64,000 nt of DNA from Mytilus edulis (taxonomy: Eukaryota). The notes beneath the pieces were generated by a model. It was not told where the DNA came from and searched no databases. It saw only the letters and a program-made list of their open reading frames with translations. The first letter of the stretch is position 1, and every line of letters begins with the position of its first letter. The stretch is from the NCBI RefSeq assembly GCF_963676685.1, contig NC_092351.1, positions 55,986,001 through 56,050,000 of the forward strand, written 5' to 3'. A program made the translations under genes and the position numbers. Of the stretch, positions 22,693 to 36,788 are shown in pieces.

Positions 22693-25132
22693 GCTCTGGG
22701 GTTATAGCAAGAAGATTTAGAACAGTTTTGACTAAACTTATCGATACTGATCAGACAGGTTTTATGAGTGGAAGATATATTGAGGAAAATCTAAGATTGA
22801 TCTATGATATCATGGAATATACTGAAGATAATGATATACCAGGCCTTTCATTGTTGATAGATTTTGAAAAAGCCTTTGATTCCATTTCATGGGAATTTCT
22901 TTTAAATGTATTGATTTTTTTAAATTTTGGCGATTCTATTATAAATTGGGTGAAAGTGCTCTATCAAAATATTAATTCAGCAGTCATTCAAGGAGGGAAT
23001 TTTTCAAACTTGTTCACTGTTAAACGGGTTTGTAGGCAAGGTGATCCATTATCGCCTTATCTTTTCATTCTTTGTGCTGAAATTTTAGCTTTAAAAATAA
23101 GAAATAACAAAAATATAAATGGAATCAAAGTTCTTCATGTTGAACACGCAGTTTGCTGACGATACATCACTACTTTTAGATGGAAGTGAAGAATCTTTAA
23201 ATGAGGCATTATTGGGACTAGATTGGTTTGCTAACATTTCTGGTTTGAATATAATTTTTTTTCCAAAACTCTTGTAATTTGGATTGGAAGTAAAAAGTAC
23301 AGTACAGAGACACTTTGTAGAAATCAAAATCATACTTGGGGAGGCACACCCTTTAAATTATTGGGTGTTAATTTTGATGTTGATTTAGAAAAACTAGTTA
23401 AAATCAATTATGATGAAAATATTGTAAAAATAAAAAGACTAGTCAAACAATGGTCTAGACGTAACATTACTGTTATTGGTCGAATTACTGTTGTAAAGAC
23501 ACTTATGTTGCCAATTAAAATTTAAATCATTTAGTAGTGTCACTATCTAATCCAAGTGAAGATATTATTAAACAGATACATGAAATGATTTGGAACTCAC
23601 CAGTTCATAGAGTGAAGAAAGATGTAATACAAAAAGATTATTGTGATGGAGGCTTAAAAATGATTAATTTACATGCTTTTGTAAATGCTTTGAAATGTAC
23701 TTGGATAAGAAGAATTTGTAAAAACAATTGTAAATGGCGAAATATATTTTTGTCATATGTTGATAAAGATAGATTATTTAGTTGTGGTTATAGCTATGTA
23801 AAGCAACTACAGCAAAGTATTAAGAATACATTTTGGAAAGATGTATTGGGTGCTTGGCAAATGGTAATTGAAAACGAAATTAATTTGCACGACTGGGAAT
23901 ATTTTCTTTCCAGTCCAATTTGGATGAATAACCTATTTCAAATTGACAACAAACCAGTGTTTTTTAAAGACTGGCATAGTAAGGGTATTCTACATGTAAA
24001 TGATATTGTTGTGGAGAATGGTACCTTTCTAAAATTTTATCAATTTCAGGAGTGTTTTCAGATGGATATAGACATTATGAAATATAATAGCATAATTCCT
24101 ATGCTAACTAAGACTTCCAAAAAAATTAATAAGGGAGATTATAAACTAGTATCTCCTTTCATACAATCAGTTATAAAGACTATTCTCAAAAGCAAAAAGG
24201 GATCTAAAGATATGTATTTGGTGCTAAACAAAACCAACACTGTTCCTACAGGATTAAAACGATGGGAAGCAATTTTAGTTTTAGAAAAATAAAGGCAACA
24301 GTAGTATACCGCTGTTCAAACTCATAAATCCATGGACAAAAAAACAAAATCGGGGTAACAAACTAAAACTGAGGGAAAAATCGATCAAAACTGGAAAAAG
24401 ATTTTTCAACTACCATTTGCTATTACAAAAAATACTAAGCTACAATGGCTTCAGTATAAAATTAATCATTAAATTCTGGCAACAAATACGTTTTTAAACA
24501 AAATTGGGATAGTGCAAAACCCATATTGTACTTTTTGTAAGACTGAACTTGAATCAATTTAACATATACTGTGGAACTGTTATTATGTACAACAATGTAT
24601 TGAGCAAAGTGAAATGTGGTTTCTCCAGAATGATATTAGTATACCATTTACACAGGATATTTTTTTGCTTGGAAATTTATCACGAATGTACAAAGGTGAC
24701 CCTCAAAACAATATTTTTTTCTAGATTAAACAATATATATATAATACACGATTTTTTAAAGTAGAATTAAGTTTAACAGCATTGATTGAAAAAATAAAGC
24801 ATCATGATTATATTTTGGAGAAGAAGATATCAATTAAAAATAAATGTTTTGTCAAGTTTAATCAAGCTTGATGCATTTCCCAAGACGCTTTACAGGAAAA
24901 TTTGGTGGATTAGCAACTATACAAAATTAGAGGACATCAAACTATTTTTTTTTTTTTTTTTTTTTGTTATTTTTACAATTATAAAATCCCAACAAAATGT
25001 TATTTTCAAGTTCTATACATCGTCTGATAGGTTGTATTATATTACATTCATATATATGAACTCACTGTTTGATAACTGTTCTGTTGTATATTATATATGT
25101 TGGACAAAAAAATAAAAATAAAAATAAAAAAT
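22693..25132 (+). mobile_element. 5'-truncated, decayed L1/Tx1-clade LINE (RT and C-terminal CCHC region)
   Basis: Motifs DQTGF..GRYI, LLIDFEKAFDS, RQGDPLSPYLF, QFADD (23149-23163, shifted frame), GGLKM and CTFC....ES..H...C. Several frameshifts and stops. A-rich tail at 25106-25131. 9-bp TSD atatacttg at 22684-22692 and 25133-25141. Confidence 0.93.
24291..24374. mobile_element. 84-bp insertion nested in the L1/Tx1 ORF
   Basis: Flanked by the direct repeat GAAAAAT (24284-24290 and 24375-24381). Removing it restores ...LVLEK-IDQNWKKIFQLPF. Confidence 0.8.
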
Positions 25133-26179
25133 ATATACTTGTAAGAAAACCAAAAGCAGTTTGAAGATAAACTAATAAAAACTTAATCCAATCAAATTGC
25201 ATAAGATTTAATAACAATGAGCGGTCCACATAATAATAAGTAATAGGGGTAAACTGGGTAGGGAGAAGGTGACAGATATTTTAAGTACTGCGTTGGTATA
25301 ATTTTCGGATCTTTCATTTGCGAATTTAAGGCAAAAGAAAGTTTGGACTTCAAAAGTCTACAGAATTATTGACTTTATACAGAAAATTTGCTCTTTTAAA
25401 ACATACCATGTTTCACAAATATTACGTGGATATAAAATAAAATCATTTTTTAAAACACTGCAAATTTTTTTATTCTGATTGGTATAGTGGTATTGTCATA
25501 AATTGCACTGAAATGGACCGTGATATAGCAAACATCGAATTCTCTCACAAAATGTTATCCCACACGATAGAATAAACAAATTGTTGATATCATCAATTGT
25601 AGCAGAAGACATTTGGAACACAAATTGTCAAAATTGAATTGGTACCGTCAATATAAAAAAACTGGAGTGTATGTACATTTCCATTCTCAATTTAACAAGG
25701 AAATAGAAGATATTTTTTTTTGTAAAGCACAAACGAATTTCGATCAAACAATTACCTCACAATGAAATGACGGCATATCATAATTCATACAAAATAAATT
25801 TTTTGTACAATGTCATGACGAATCCATTTGATTAGATATGTTACATAACACTACACGTGTTAACCAAGCTACTTTGTAAACAAAACAGCTGATAAAAATA
25901 AAATAACTCAGATGAATACATAGATTAAATCTGGATTAATAACCATTTGTTTACCAACAAAACTAACCATAGTATATGATATATATTTATGCTAAAGAGG
26001 CCGATGAGGTATTTCATGTTTCTATCAACAAGACTTAGTGTAAATATGTAATGAAATTATGTAAAAAAAAACTTATTGCGATCTATATAGGTCTACGGTT
26101 TAAAATATTTATAAAAGGTGACAATATTTCTTTATTTTATACATATTCTTGAACTAACCCTCATGATGAATTGTTAGAC

Positions 26180-27130
26180 ACACAAGGGAAGAGATTGATT
26201 TTAGAATTGCAAAATTTGTTGTCGCATCAAAACCAGGTGCCAATATTTTTCATTCTGTTAGATCATTATGCAATGGAATGAACATGTTGTTCTTTTGGCT
26301 ATATAAGGATAATTAGTTTAACACAAACTAAGAACTTTATAAATCTACGTTTACTAATTTTATGTCGATAAAAAAAAAGAAACGATACAATATTTCTTTT
26401 TTTTCTTCTTTTTAATATCTTTGAACTGCATTGATAATTGAGTACTTTTCCCCTCAGGTTTGACTGTTTGACATCAATGAAAGGAATTAAAGTTAAAAAT
26501 AGCAAAATTTATTATCAGCATCAAGAAAAGGTGCATATATTTTTCAATTATGTCAGAATATTATACAACTGCATTACAGTTCTGATTTTTGTTTGGTACC
26601 TCAGAAATAGTTTCACACACGTTGAGAGCTCTATAAGTCTACAGTTGCTAATACTTATTTTGATAACATTGAAAACTAACAAGATACTATATTCATGAAC
26701 TGGTCTGATAATTGTGTACTTCTTATATCTCAGGATGGATGATTAAACAGAAAATTGAAGAGATTTGAGTTTAAAATTGCAAAATTTGTTGTCAGCATTA
26801 ATCATTGTTAATATGGGGTGCCGACAATGATTTCCTTGTTTATTGATTATATAGTTCCGTAATTAAAATTTGGTACTTTTGGTACTTCAGGTTGAATAGT
26901 TTTATGTAAAAAAGAGCTCTTTTAGTCTGCGGTTACTTTATGTACATTGCAAGAGGATATCAATTAAAAGTGTCATTTTTTTCTTTTTTATGGTCTTCTT
27001 ATACGAACATGATTATTAGGTACCCAAAACCTCCAAACAGATTTCCTGGCGTTAAAGGGTATGATTTGAAGCTTACACTTTCAAAATTTGTTGTCGGTAT
27101 CAATATAAGTTACCAATATTTTTTACTTTT
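26180..27130. repeat. Highly diverged tandem repeat, ~285-300-bp period
   Basis: caaaatttgt(t/g)gtc at ~26211, 26781 and 27082; ggtac(c/t)tcag at ~26596 and 26881; gagctct at ~26625 and 26914. Confidence 0.55.
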
Positions 27131-30100
27131 TGATCACATGTTTTGTTACGGCATTACAATGTTGCTACATTTCACAAACGGATACAGGAGCCTCATTGGA
27201 ATTGTATATGGTTTTCATGAGTCGCTCTCAATAGAGATGATCATTTCGATGATAAACGCTATCAGGTTCATTGTATGCTTGTTTTGTTTGTTTGCTAGAT
27301 TTTCTCTTATGTGTTGTACCACCTCAGTTGATGGTAACCTGGTATCGAGTGACGATGTTATGTTCGTAAGAATATATCGTGGTGTCATTTTAAGAAATGA
27401 AAGGAAAATTTGAAAAAAAATAGTATCTACGTCTAAGTTGTTAGCTTCTAGTGCCTCGAGTTGCAGCTCGATGTAATAGCTCAAATGTTTAAAATGGCAT
27501 ACACTAAATATTTCTAACGAAGTAAAGTGATCTGCTTGTGACGTATATAGTTGCTTTTCTAAATCGTATGCTTATGTTATATGCGGAAGAATCATTTTAA
27601 CTACTTTCCTCAGTCCCGCTATCAAGTGGTATCATGAAAGAAAAAAGTTTTTAAATTTAATTCAAGTAAAACATGAAAAGGGAGTAATTTATGCTCACAC
27701 ATTGCAAAGCGTACACAAATATAATAAAATCATGGGATACCTTGTAAACAGAGACTTGTTGATTGTTGTCAAAATCGTCGCTATTCATAAACTAATCATA
27801 GATACCCCGATTAAGAATATGTACACACGACGCATTTTTCGTCAACAAAAGACTTGTCCATGACGCTCGAACAAAATTAAAAGGGAAATAATGTTAGAAA
27901 TTGAGGCGCGTCGTGGACCAAATATTCCTATACCTGTGACAGAAAATTCTGAGTTCTTCGAAAACAGATCTTGTGAAGATTTAATTTATGATTATGACTA
28001 TATCATTGTTAATTCATGTGAACACAAAATTCCTTCGGAGAGAAACCTCCACCAGCAGTTGAATCCATTCAGCTGTTGGTTAAACAACTAAGACTGCCTA
28101 ACTGTGAACGTAAATAATGTGTCTCTATCTGAATGTATAAGAACTTGAAAATGTTTAAAGTATGGCCTGCTTGATTAAAAAAAATATATTACTTTTACCA
28201 CCAGTTCTTTCATTGTCTTGCTCTAATTTCGGTCTGTATGCTTGCACTTAAAACCTTAGCGTAATCAGCCAAATGGATTGAATCTAGTATCAAGTGAGCT
28301 TAGTGTCAAAGACATTTTATGTAGCTAAAGTTTTAGATCACCTGCCACTTCATATTACCCTGTGTCACTATACCAGGCAAATACCAATCAAATGCTTAGC
28401 AAGCACAACATACTTTTCCATGTTCGAGTAGTAAATTATCCTAAACGCAACTGGCTAATCATATAAGAATGTCCTCCGACACTTGTTGGGTTCGAGTTAG
28501 ATGATTAGAAAGTGTTCGTATGTCTTTGGTCATCTATTTCAATCAATCGTTTAATGGTACAGTGCGTTTATACTAATTGTAACCGTGTTATACAATGCAC
28601 ACTACATGTATATCTAGCTTTCAGACTCCATGTGTTAAGGGCATATGATAAAATAGCAGGGGCAGACAATCACGTTTTCAAAACTTTTCGTGTTGTTTTC
28701 GCAACGTTATTAATCAGAACGTTGTAATTTTGCGATGTTTCTAATAAGAAATAATTACATTTCGCGACGTCGCTTTAGATGTAGTCACATTTGCAGAAAA
28801 TCAACTCACGTCATAAATCCGATTGCGCGCTAAGAAAATCGGCCAGATCACGAGAATTGTTCTATTTATTCATTAATAATAAAGTCAACAGTATTAACTT
28901 GAAATTTGAAAAAAAATCAAATCCACATTCATAATTTTGTATGTCTTTTTTTATATAGGAAATGAATAAAAGATATGTAGAAAATAATACGTCGATGAGA
29001 CAGAAACCCAACTACACAAAAAGCCCAATAAATAATTTAAATATCAACGTACTGTCATGATCAACATATAGTAACTATAAAAAGAAAGATGTGGTATGAT
29101 TGTCAATAAGACAACTCTTCACAAGAGACCCAATGACAAAGAAATTAACAACTAAATGTAACCACACGGCCTTTAACAATGAACAAAGCCCATACCGCAT
29201 AGTCAGCTATAAAAGACCCCAAAATGACAAATCTAAAACAATTCAAACGAGAAAACTAACGGCCTAATCCATGTACAAAAATTAACGAAAAACAAATATG
29301 TAACACATCAACAAACGACAACCACTGAATTACTAATGATGTCCATCAAAAAGTGTACATGCAGGTAAAAATTGAAACATTATGAAGATAACGAGACAAC
29401 TACATGTATCCATAAAATATTTGAGTCGAACGAAAGATAAGAATTTAACTAGAGGGGTTCGAGTTTACACGCTCAGTGATAACAGCCTAGTGATCGTGAT
29501 ATAGAAGATGAACTAGTAGATCACATTACAACCGAGGCCCTTAACATTACGGAACATTGAAAGACAGCCAAGTTCTTCACAATTTGAATCCTAGCATGTG
29601 ACTGAAATGAAGAAACACAGAGAATTATGTGATATATTTATTAAACAATATATTCAATATAAATAAACCTAAATTAATCAGTACACAATTACAACTATAC
29701 AGTTATAGTTATCTTGCGGTTCCAAATATCATTGTACATATAAAAGTGGTTTAATTTCAAGTAAGCATTTTGTATAATATAAAATTTTCAAATGTATTGA
29801 TTATCGGCATAGGAAATTCAGAGTTTTACATTTAATGTTCATTTTATTCAATGACATGTAATTTAAACATATGTAAAACTTGTTTTTTTTTTTTGCTTTT
29901 GAGCATAATTTAATCATTATGATATTAAAAGGTTGAGCCGACGGTGCAGCTTATATGACCAGTTCAATAAAACAGGTATAAAATAGCAATCATATATTTT
30001 AACTGGATTTTAACTAAAGTAGAAAATACATATTTACAAATGTGCAATGTTAAGTACAAGAGACATAGGCAGTATACGCAGTACATGCATGCACAGGTAT

Positions 30101-30963
30101 AATTGTTAATGTCGTTAGTCCTTGAACTTGAACAGATTTAGATAACATCTACAAAAAATTTCAGTAAAAATGGAAGCCTCTACATTAATGATCTTAGTCT
30201 ATATCAAATAATTAATTGTCAGCTTCAACCATTAACAATGTTTAGGTACACCATAAAATAAAAACATTGCAGCCCACTTTCAATTAATAATATTGAACAT
30301 TTACGATCAAGAATTTGTTGCATCTTGCAACTATGTACCAAAATAGTATCCCGGCTTGAATCCAGATTGAAAGAGTGTTACTCTTTATATAATTGTATCA
30401 CAAATGTTGGAACATAAATCCTTCCATTAATCTTGCAAAAAAAAGTAAAAGAAATATGACAACTGCATTGTAGTCCTACGTATTATTTTATCTTTAGTGG
30501 TGTTTCTAAAACAATTGTATATACATAAACCAAAACACCAAAAACAGAAGAAATTACATTAAACAAGTAAAATTGAATATGTGTACGAAGTGATAGTGCA
30601 TAGTAAAGATGTAAGAGTTACAAAATGGTTGCAAAATAATCTATGTAATGTTAATGTCATAATGCTTTGAAAGCGATCGACCAAAATTATTTAAAACAAT
30701 TAATATCACATCTATTCGGGAGTTATTTGAAAATGTAGGACAAATAAAACCCAGACAAAACTTATAAGGGACATGCGACGTTCTTCATAACAATCGTGTT
30801 TATTACTTTTACACATTATGCATACAAAATCAAGATTTATACGGCTGTTTCATATTATGTGACAAGCCTCTAATGATGGAAATCACTAAAATCTGTCATT
30901 ATATTGTAGTGTTTGATTTGAGAAAAGGTTACAATTTAAACGTCAGAAAATATTTAATCGTTT

Positions 30964-32092
30964 TTTAGCTCACCTGGCCTAAAAGGCCATGTGAGCTTTT
31001 CTCATCACTTGGCGTCCGTCGTCGTCGTCGTCGTCGTCGTCTGTCGTCGTTAACAATTTTTCAAACATCTTCTCCTCTGAAACTACTGAATGGATTTGAA
31101 TGAAACTTATAATGATTGTTCCTTAGATTATCCTGCACAAAGTGTGTGCTTCGATTTTTGATCCGTCAAAAAACATGGCCGCCCTTACTTTAAATAGAAC
31201 ATAGGGGTCAAATGCAGTTTTTGGCTTATATCTCAAAAACGGAAGCATTTAGAGCAAATCTGACATGGAGTAAAAATGTTTATTAGGTCAAGATCTATCA
31301 GCGCAGAAATTTTCAGATGAATCAAAGAAACCATTGTTGGGTTGCTGCCACTTAATTGGTAATTTTAAGGACATTTTGCAGTTTTTGGTCATTATCTTGA
31401 ATATTATTATAGATGAAGATGAACTGTAAACAGCAAAAATGATCAGCAAAGTAAGATCTACAAATAGGTTAATATGACCAAAATTGTCAATTGACCCCTT
31501 AAGGGGTAAATGTCCTTTAATGACAATTTTTCACAATTTGTTCATCATATTTGCTAACTTTAAAAAATCTTCTCCTCTGAAACTACTGAATGGATTTGGA
31601 TGAAACTTAGCATGATAGTTCCTTAGATTATCCTGCACAAAGTGTGTGCTTCGATTTTTGATCCGTCAAAAAACATGGCCGCCCTTACTTTAAATAGAAC
31701 ATAGGGGTCAAATGCAGTTTTTGGATTATATCTCAAAAACGAAAGCATTGTTGGGTTGCTGCCACTTAATTGGTAATTTTAAGGAAATTTTGCAGTTTTT
31801 GGTCATTATCTTGAATATCATAATAGATAAAGATAAACTGTAAAAAGCAAAAATGATCAGCAAAGTAAGATCTACAAATAGGTTAATATGACCAAAATTG
31901 TCAATTGACCCCTTAAGAGGTAAATGTCCTTTTGTGTTTTGGTCTCATTTTCTTTATTTATAAACAGTAAGTCATATATATTTGTAATATTGAAGAATTG
32001 TTAGCTGTACATGTTTGCCTGGCATGGTTCAATATGTTCAATAAGGCATTGTTTACCAGGTGAGCGATTCAGGCTCTTGCAAGCCTCTTGTT
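30964..32092 (+). mobile_element. Non-autonomous Helentron/pearl-type (HINE-like) element
   Basis: T-rich ends. Subterminal IR agctcacctg (30967) / caggtgagc (32057). (GTC)n microsatellite at 31015-31050. Internal ~500-bp tandem core (31068, 31568). 3' hairpin aggct-cttgca-agcct. Confidence 0.88.
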
Positions 32093-32986
32093 ATATAGAT
32101 TAAACCATTAGTTATCTTGTTTGAACTGTTAGTCATTAGTAATTTTGTAGGCTCTTTATAGCTTTCTGTTCGGTGTGAGCCAAGGGTTCGTGTTGAAGAC
32201 CGTGCTTTGACCTTTAATAGTTTACTTCTAAAACTATAATTGTAATAGGGATACAGAGTTGTATCGTGGGCACTTGTACCACATCTTCTTATTTCTATGA
32301 ACACTTTTATCAGCATAAGACCACTCTGTTGCTGTTAATATACTACCACTTCAAACAGATCAAAATTGCTCACCAAAAATTTGATGGTTGAAAAAAACCT
32401 TTACAGACCTCAAGGATCTCATAACTTCAAAATAGTCTACACTTTCATCGGTTGGACAATTTCATAGTGATTGCATTTAGAGGACTCGCTTGTAACTTGT
32501 GACAAATTTCTAAAGATTCTTTTAAATACCAAATAAACAACTTTTTTTTCAAGCAACGAGAACTAACACCATGAAAATGCATTGAACTTCGTTGCTATGG
32601 TTAATCTTCTACGTGTAACCTAAATTACATTTTGTCCTTTTTGAATTGAATAATTTGCAATCTTCGATGAGTTTAGTTATTACAGTGAACATGGCATATA
32701 AAAATGCATTAAGTGTGTTAAGAAAATACACCAAACATAGAAAAACATTATAACCATGATAACAGTGCATAATTTATAAGTCACTATACAAATGATACAC
32801 TAGCAATATAAAAGGCTATATACTCTATTTACAAAAACAACGAAAACCAACTTGATCAACAGACTTCCGTCAATATTTCGTTCAGAACTAATCATTCTCT
32901 TCATGGAAAACAAGCGTTTTGCTGTTAATCTAAAATATTCAGATATGTATCGACTTGAATCTTCATCAAATATATAGTCTACTTGT

Positions 32987-33024
32987 TCACCAATGAACAT
33001 CTTTACCATTGTCTACTGTGATTT
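32987..33024 (-). CDS. Putative terminal coding exon (EITVDNGKDVHW*)
   Basis: TTTCTGTTTTTGTAG acceptor. The phase-1 entry fits the 36591 exon, and TGA follows. Confidence 0.4.
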
Positions 33025-33344
33025 CTACAAAAACAGAAATATTCATTGTTGTCTATTTGTATCGAAATAACGGTTTTTGTTACGTCATATTTTGAAGTGA
33101 TATACCTTTTTGATATACTTTTGTTTGTCATAAACCAAACCAAACAAGCTATTACTTGTTTTATTAAAATGCCGTTGTCAGGTCCTTAACATGAAAAACA
33201 TAATATTGAGACGTGTTCCTATTGGACTGAATACGTTTTGCTATTGTAGGTTATATGATGTCTCTGAATATAGACATGCGTGGTCTTTAGCAGCTCGGAC
33301 GAGATTTAAATGTTCAGAATACGCATCGTCTGGTTTAAATCCTG

Positions 33345-33520
33345 TTTAGAAAAAAAACTCTGTATAATAGTTTGTTGCGGAATAACGGAATAACGGAATG
33401 ACGGAGTTACGGAATTCGGAAATGCAGAAATTCGGAATTGCGGAATTGCGGAATTGCGGAATTTCGGACAAGGGTAAAACAATATGGCACCGACAACTTC
33501 GTTGCGGGGCATAAAAATAA
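33345..33520 (-). mobile_element. Fragment of a Helentron/pearl-like element with a (gcggaatt)n / (acggaata)n microsatellite
   Basis: The reverse strand starts ttttatgccccgcaacgaagttg, followed by the short-unit array. Confidence 0.55.
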
Positions 33521-35151
33521 ACAAATTTTAAGTATCAATTAGAATAAAGCTCTACAATTAGCAATTGAAATATGTGACAGCTGACAACACGACACCATAG
33601 TAAAACTAGGAATAAACGATTTCCGTTCATTGAAAAAAATCAGTATATGTACAGTAAAAGTATTTTTGAATTTGAAAATCTGATTGTATGATGATTCGAA
33701 AAACAAATAACAGTTACATATTCAGTAATTCTTTATAATTCGAACTTACAACTAAATTTTGAAATCCGTTTTACTAAATTTTATGAAGTTTTGAGCATTG
33801 AAATATGATTCTAATGGTTTTTTTTTATCTTTTTAAACATGAAAACAACATTGTTAAAATATAGTTCGCACACGAAAAGTTACATGAGGCCTAATATTTT
33901 GATCGGTCTGAAAAGGTTTAGTTTAGCTAATGGTCTATCGAAAATATAATATAATGATATTGATACTTACAGAATTAGAAATAAGGGATTAATGATTGAT
34001 TGATAATGATTGATCATGTGTCAACGTCGAACCAAGATTCAAATAACGTAAACGCTAGCAATTTCATGATTGTAAGAACTTTATATTAGTATTAATTTCA
34101 GATTATACATTATTAAGGAACAACCATAACATCGGATTTATTTCTTAAACTCATTATTTGTAGTTCAATTTCATAAAAACAGTTACTTTGTGATCCCGTT
34201 TTTTCTTTCACATTATTTTGATAAGGGGATTTTTAAAATGTTTAACATACATAAGACATCCATAACTAATTTCGCACATTTCCTCTTGATATACCTGTAT
34301 TAAGTATATGTTACTAACTATAGTAAGGTATTGACCTATTTACTGTTTGCATAACATCCAAAACATTTGCTAAAAGAGGATTCCAATTTTTTGAACACAT
34401 GAAATTGAGGTTATGCAATGATATTTAAGCGATAACAAAGTACTTTATATATAGTATATTTCATATCACGTATTTATTCACACTCCGAACAGTGTGATAC
34501 TAGATTAATATACATGCTTAAAATAAGTAAAAGACAAACACCATCAGATAACACTATTCATAATAACTTACATCTGCATCACTAACAAGCAGTTCATTGC
34601 AAATGAGGTAAACATCGTCTTCATTGTCCTCAAGGGATGGATTTCGTTCTTAGACATAAATTTAAATATGAGATGTTAGTTATGTTGCAATAATGACAAT
34701 CTATCTATGTAACCAATAATTATGAATTGTGGTACTTTTTTCCAGTATAACTAAGATGTAAAGTTCAATTGCGTGTAGACGATGCATTACTTTATACACA
34801 TCCGTATTAAATTTTAATCTGTGTACCTATTATATTTATGAAGATCACATTTTAGCTACTGGTTGAACAGAACTGTTGCAAGACAACCTTTTCAACTGTG
34901 ATCTGTGCATAAAAGATTTCAAACATAACGGAAATGTATTCATATGAAATGAACGCCTTGGCTTAAGGGTATATACAAAATGGAATCAGACATTGAATGC
35001 TTAGTTTTGATTTCTATGTTACCCAGTTTATTCAGAGACATAATTGTGTTATTTTGGACACTGGACACACAAAATGTACATGTGGTTACGATCCTGAAAA
35101 TGATGTTTATTTCTGTCATAAATAATTCCTCTACGGAACCGATAAATGGTT

Positions 35152-35287
35152 TATACGGTTTACTACTGACCCCTTAAGGACCATAGAGGGTTTGTGAAAT
35201 ACAAAAGGGGTTGAGTCCGAAGTCGGAATCTCATACAGATTTTATAAATGATCTATGGTTTGTATGGTGTCAGTAGTGAACCGTATA
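35152..35287. repeat. Small inverted-repeat element (MITE-like), ~36-bp arms
   Basis: tatacggtttactactgacccc..accataga vs tctatggt..gtgtcagtagtgaaccgtata. Confidence 0.65.
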
Positions 35288-36231
35288 GCAAATGTTTCGA
35301 ACAAAGAACTTTTTCTGACGCGATTTAAAGAACAATAAACAATGAAATACAACAAAATCAATAGATGACGTAACCATTAACACAGAAGACGTGACTTCAT
35401 TAACAGCCATATGAAATTTACCAACCCCCGACAGATCCATATGATTGTACTTGTGATAGGGTTTTAACCAACCGCAACGTCTTAGTTTAAATTCATACAC
35501 ATGTAGGAATATAATATATTTAAAACCTCAGTTCAAGTTAGCTGTTTGGTCAAAGTATAAACGAGCAACAGCTTTACCGCATCAGATATTTAACTCAAAC
35601 AAATTCTGTATTATGCATTGTGTGGCAAACTATTTTTGCAGATATATGAATATAAGCTCTGAACATGAATGTTTAGTAGTTTTGGCTTTGTTTGGTCAAT
35701 AAATGTAATACATTGAAGCTCGTGTGCAAAAATAAAACCAGGACAACATTCAAAAACATAAATAAGAATGTCTGAAAGACTGATATTTTTTGAACATCTG
35801 AAGGATGGAACTTGGTACATTTATGCAACTTTTTGATTTTAGAAATTTAAGTTCCAACAAGTCGAACCTTAATTACCACCTATGCGTCTTTGTAATTTTT
35901 TTGTTTTTTAACCTAAAAACACACGATTGCTTAAACAAGTTTGCAGTGTTTCATCTTTAAATGTGACGTGTTCGTGAACATCATTTTCTTGTTACTCTTT
36001 ATTGCAAATATGATGATATTGTTTCTTGACGTTATGCATTCAAACACACAGTTTTGTAATGTTCAATGAGCTGACATTATGTTTCAGTAGCATTTTTCAT
36101 CTACACATTTATACAGAACAAAATGCCGATACATTATACATGTTATATGATATTATCTTGTTTATTTAGTTCTTTTCAATTGAAATGCTTGTACATGCTT
36201 TAACATTATTTAATATATATTAATCACTATG

Positions 36232-36546
36232 AAACAATAATGTGTCCATAGTACAATATGCCCAATATGCACTATAGTTTTCTATGTTCAGTGGACCGTG
36301 AAAATTGGATAAAATCTCTAATTTGGCAATACAATTAGACATATCTTATCATAGGTAATATGTGTCGCAGGTTTCGATTTTATTGGACTTCAAATTCCTC
36401 GAAAACGACTTCGAGTCTTCGATCAACATTTGTAGCCTACAGCGGGACAGACCGACGACCAAACGGACGAACGGACAAACGGACGAGTGGACGGACAAAC
36501 GGATTCACAGACCAGAAAACATAACTCGTATAAATTGGGCACAAAA
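36232..36546 (-). mobile_element. Pearl/Helentron-like non-autonomous element with an (ACGG/GGAC)n microsatellite
   Basis: Degenerate acgg array at 36445-36503 next to an A-rich end. Same architecture as 30964-32092, in the opposite orientation. Confidence 0.55.
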
Positions 36547-36590
36547 AGCTCATGTTATTTGATGTTGAAATGAACTTTGATTTTTTATAC

Positions 36591-36788
36591 CTTCACATTC
36601 CTCAGTGACATATTCAACAGTTGAGTCCGGGTCCTCATAAGTTTCTTGATCACCCGAGATTGCGTCATCACCATAGAGTGCTTCATCATAAATGTCTTGA
36701 GCATCATCCCAGAGTGGGTCTTCATAAATTACTGGTTCATCCGAGATTGCTTCATCATTAGTGTCTTGATCATACTGGAGTTTATTCT
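36591..36788 (-). CDS. 198-bp phase 1-1 exon, acidic and Tyr-rich (YDQD, YEDP, YDEA, YEDP)
   Basis: ATTTCAG acceptor and G/GTATAA donor. Translates NKLQYDQDTNDEAISDEPVIYEDPLWDDAQDIYDEALYGDDAISGDQETYEDPDSTVEYVTEECE, with an internal repeat at DNA level. Confidence 0.75.

Noticed and set aside
26940-27484. 157-aa plus-strand and 89-aa minus-strand ORFs
   Set aside because: No recognisable motifs or convincing splice boundaries; they overlap a degenerate tandem repeat.
32800-33009. 69-aa ORF as a stand-alone gene
   Set aside because: The strong acceptor at 33025 suggests a spliced terminal exon in another frame; the ORF itself has no support.
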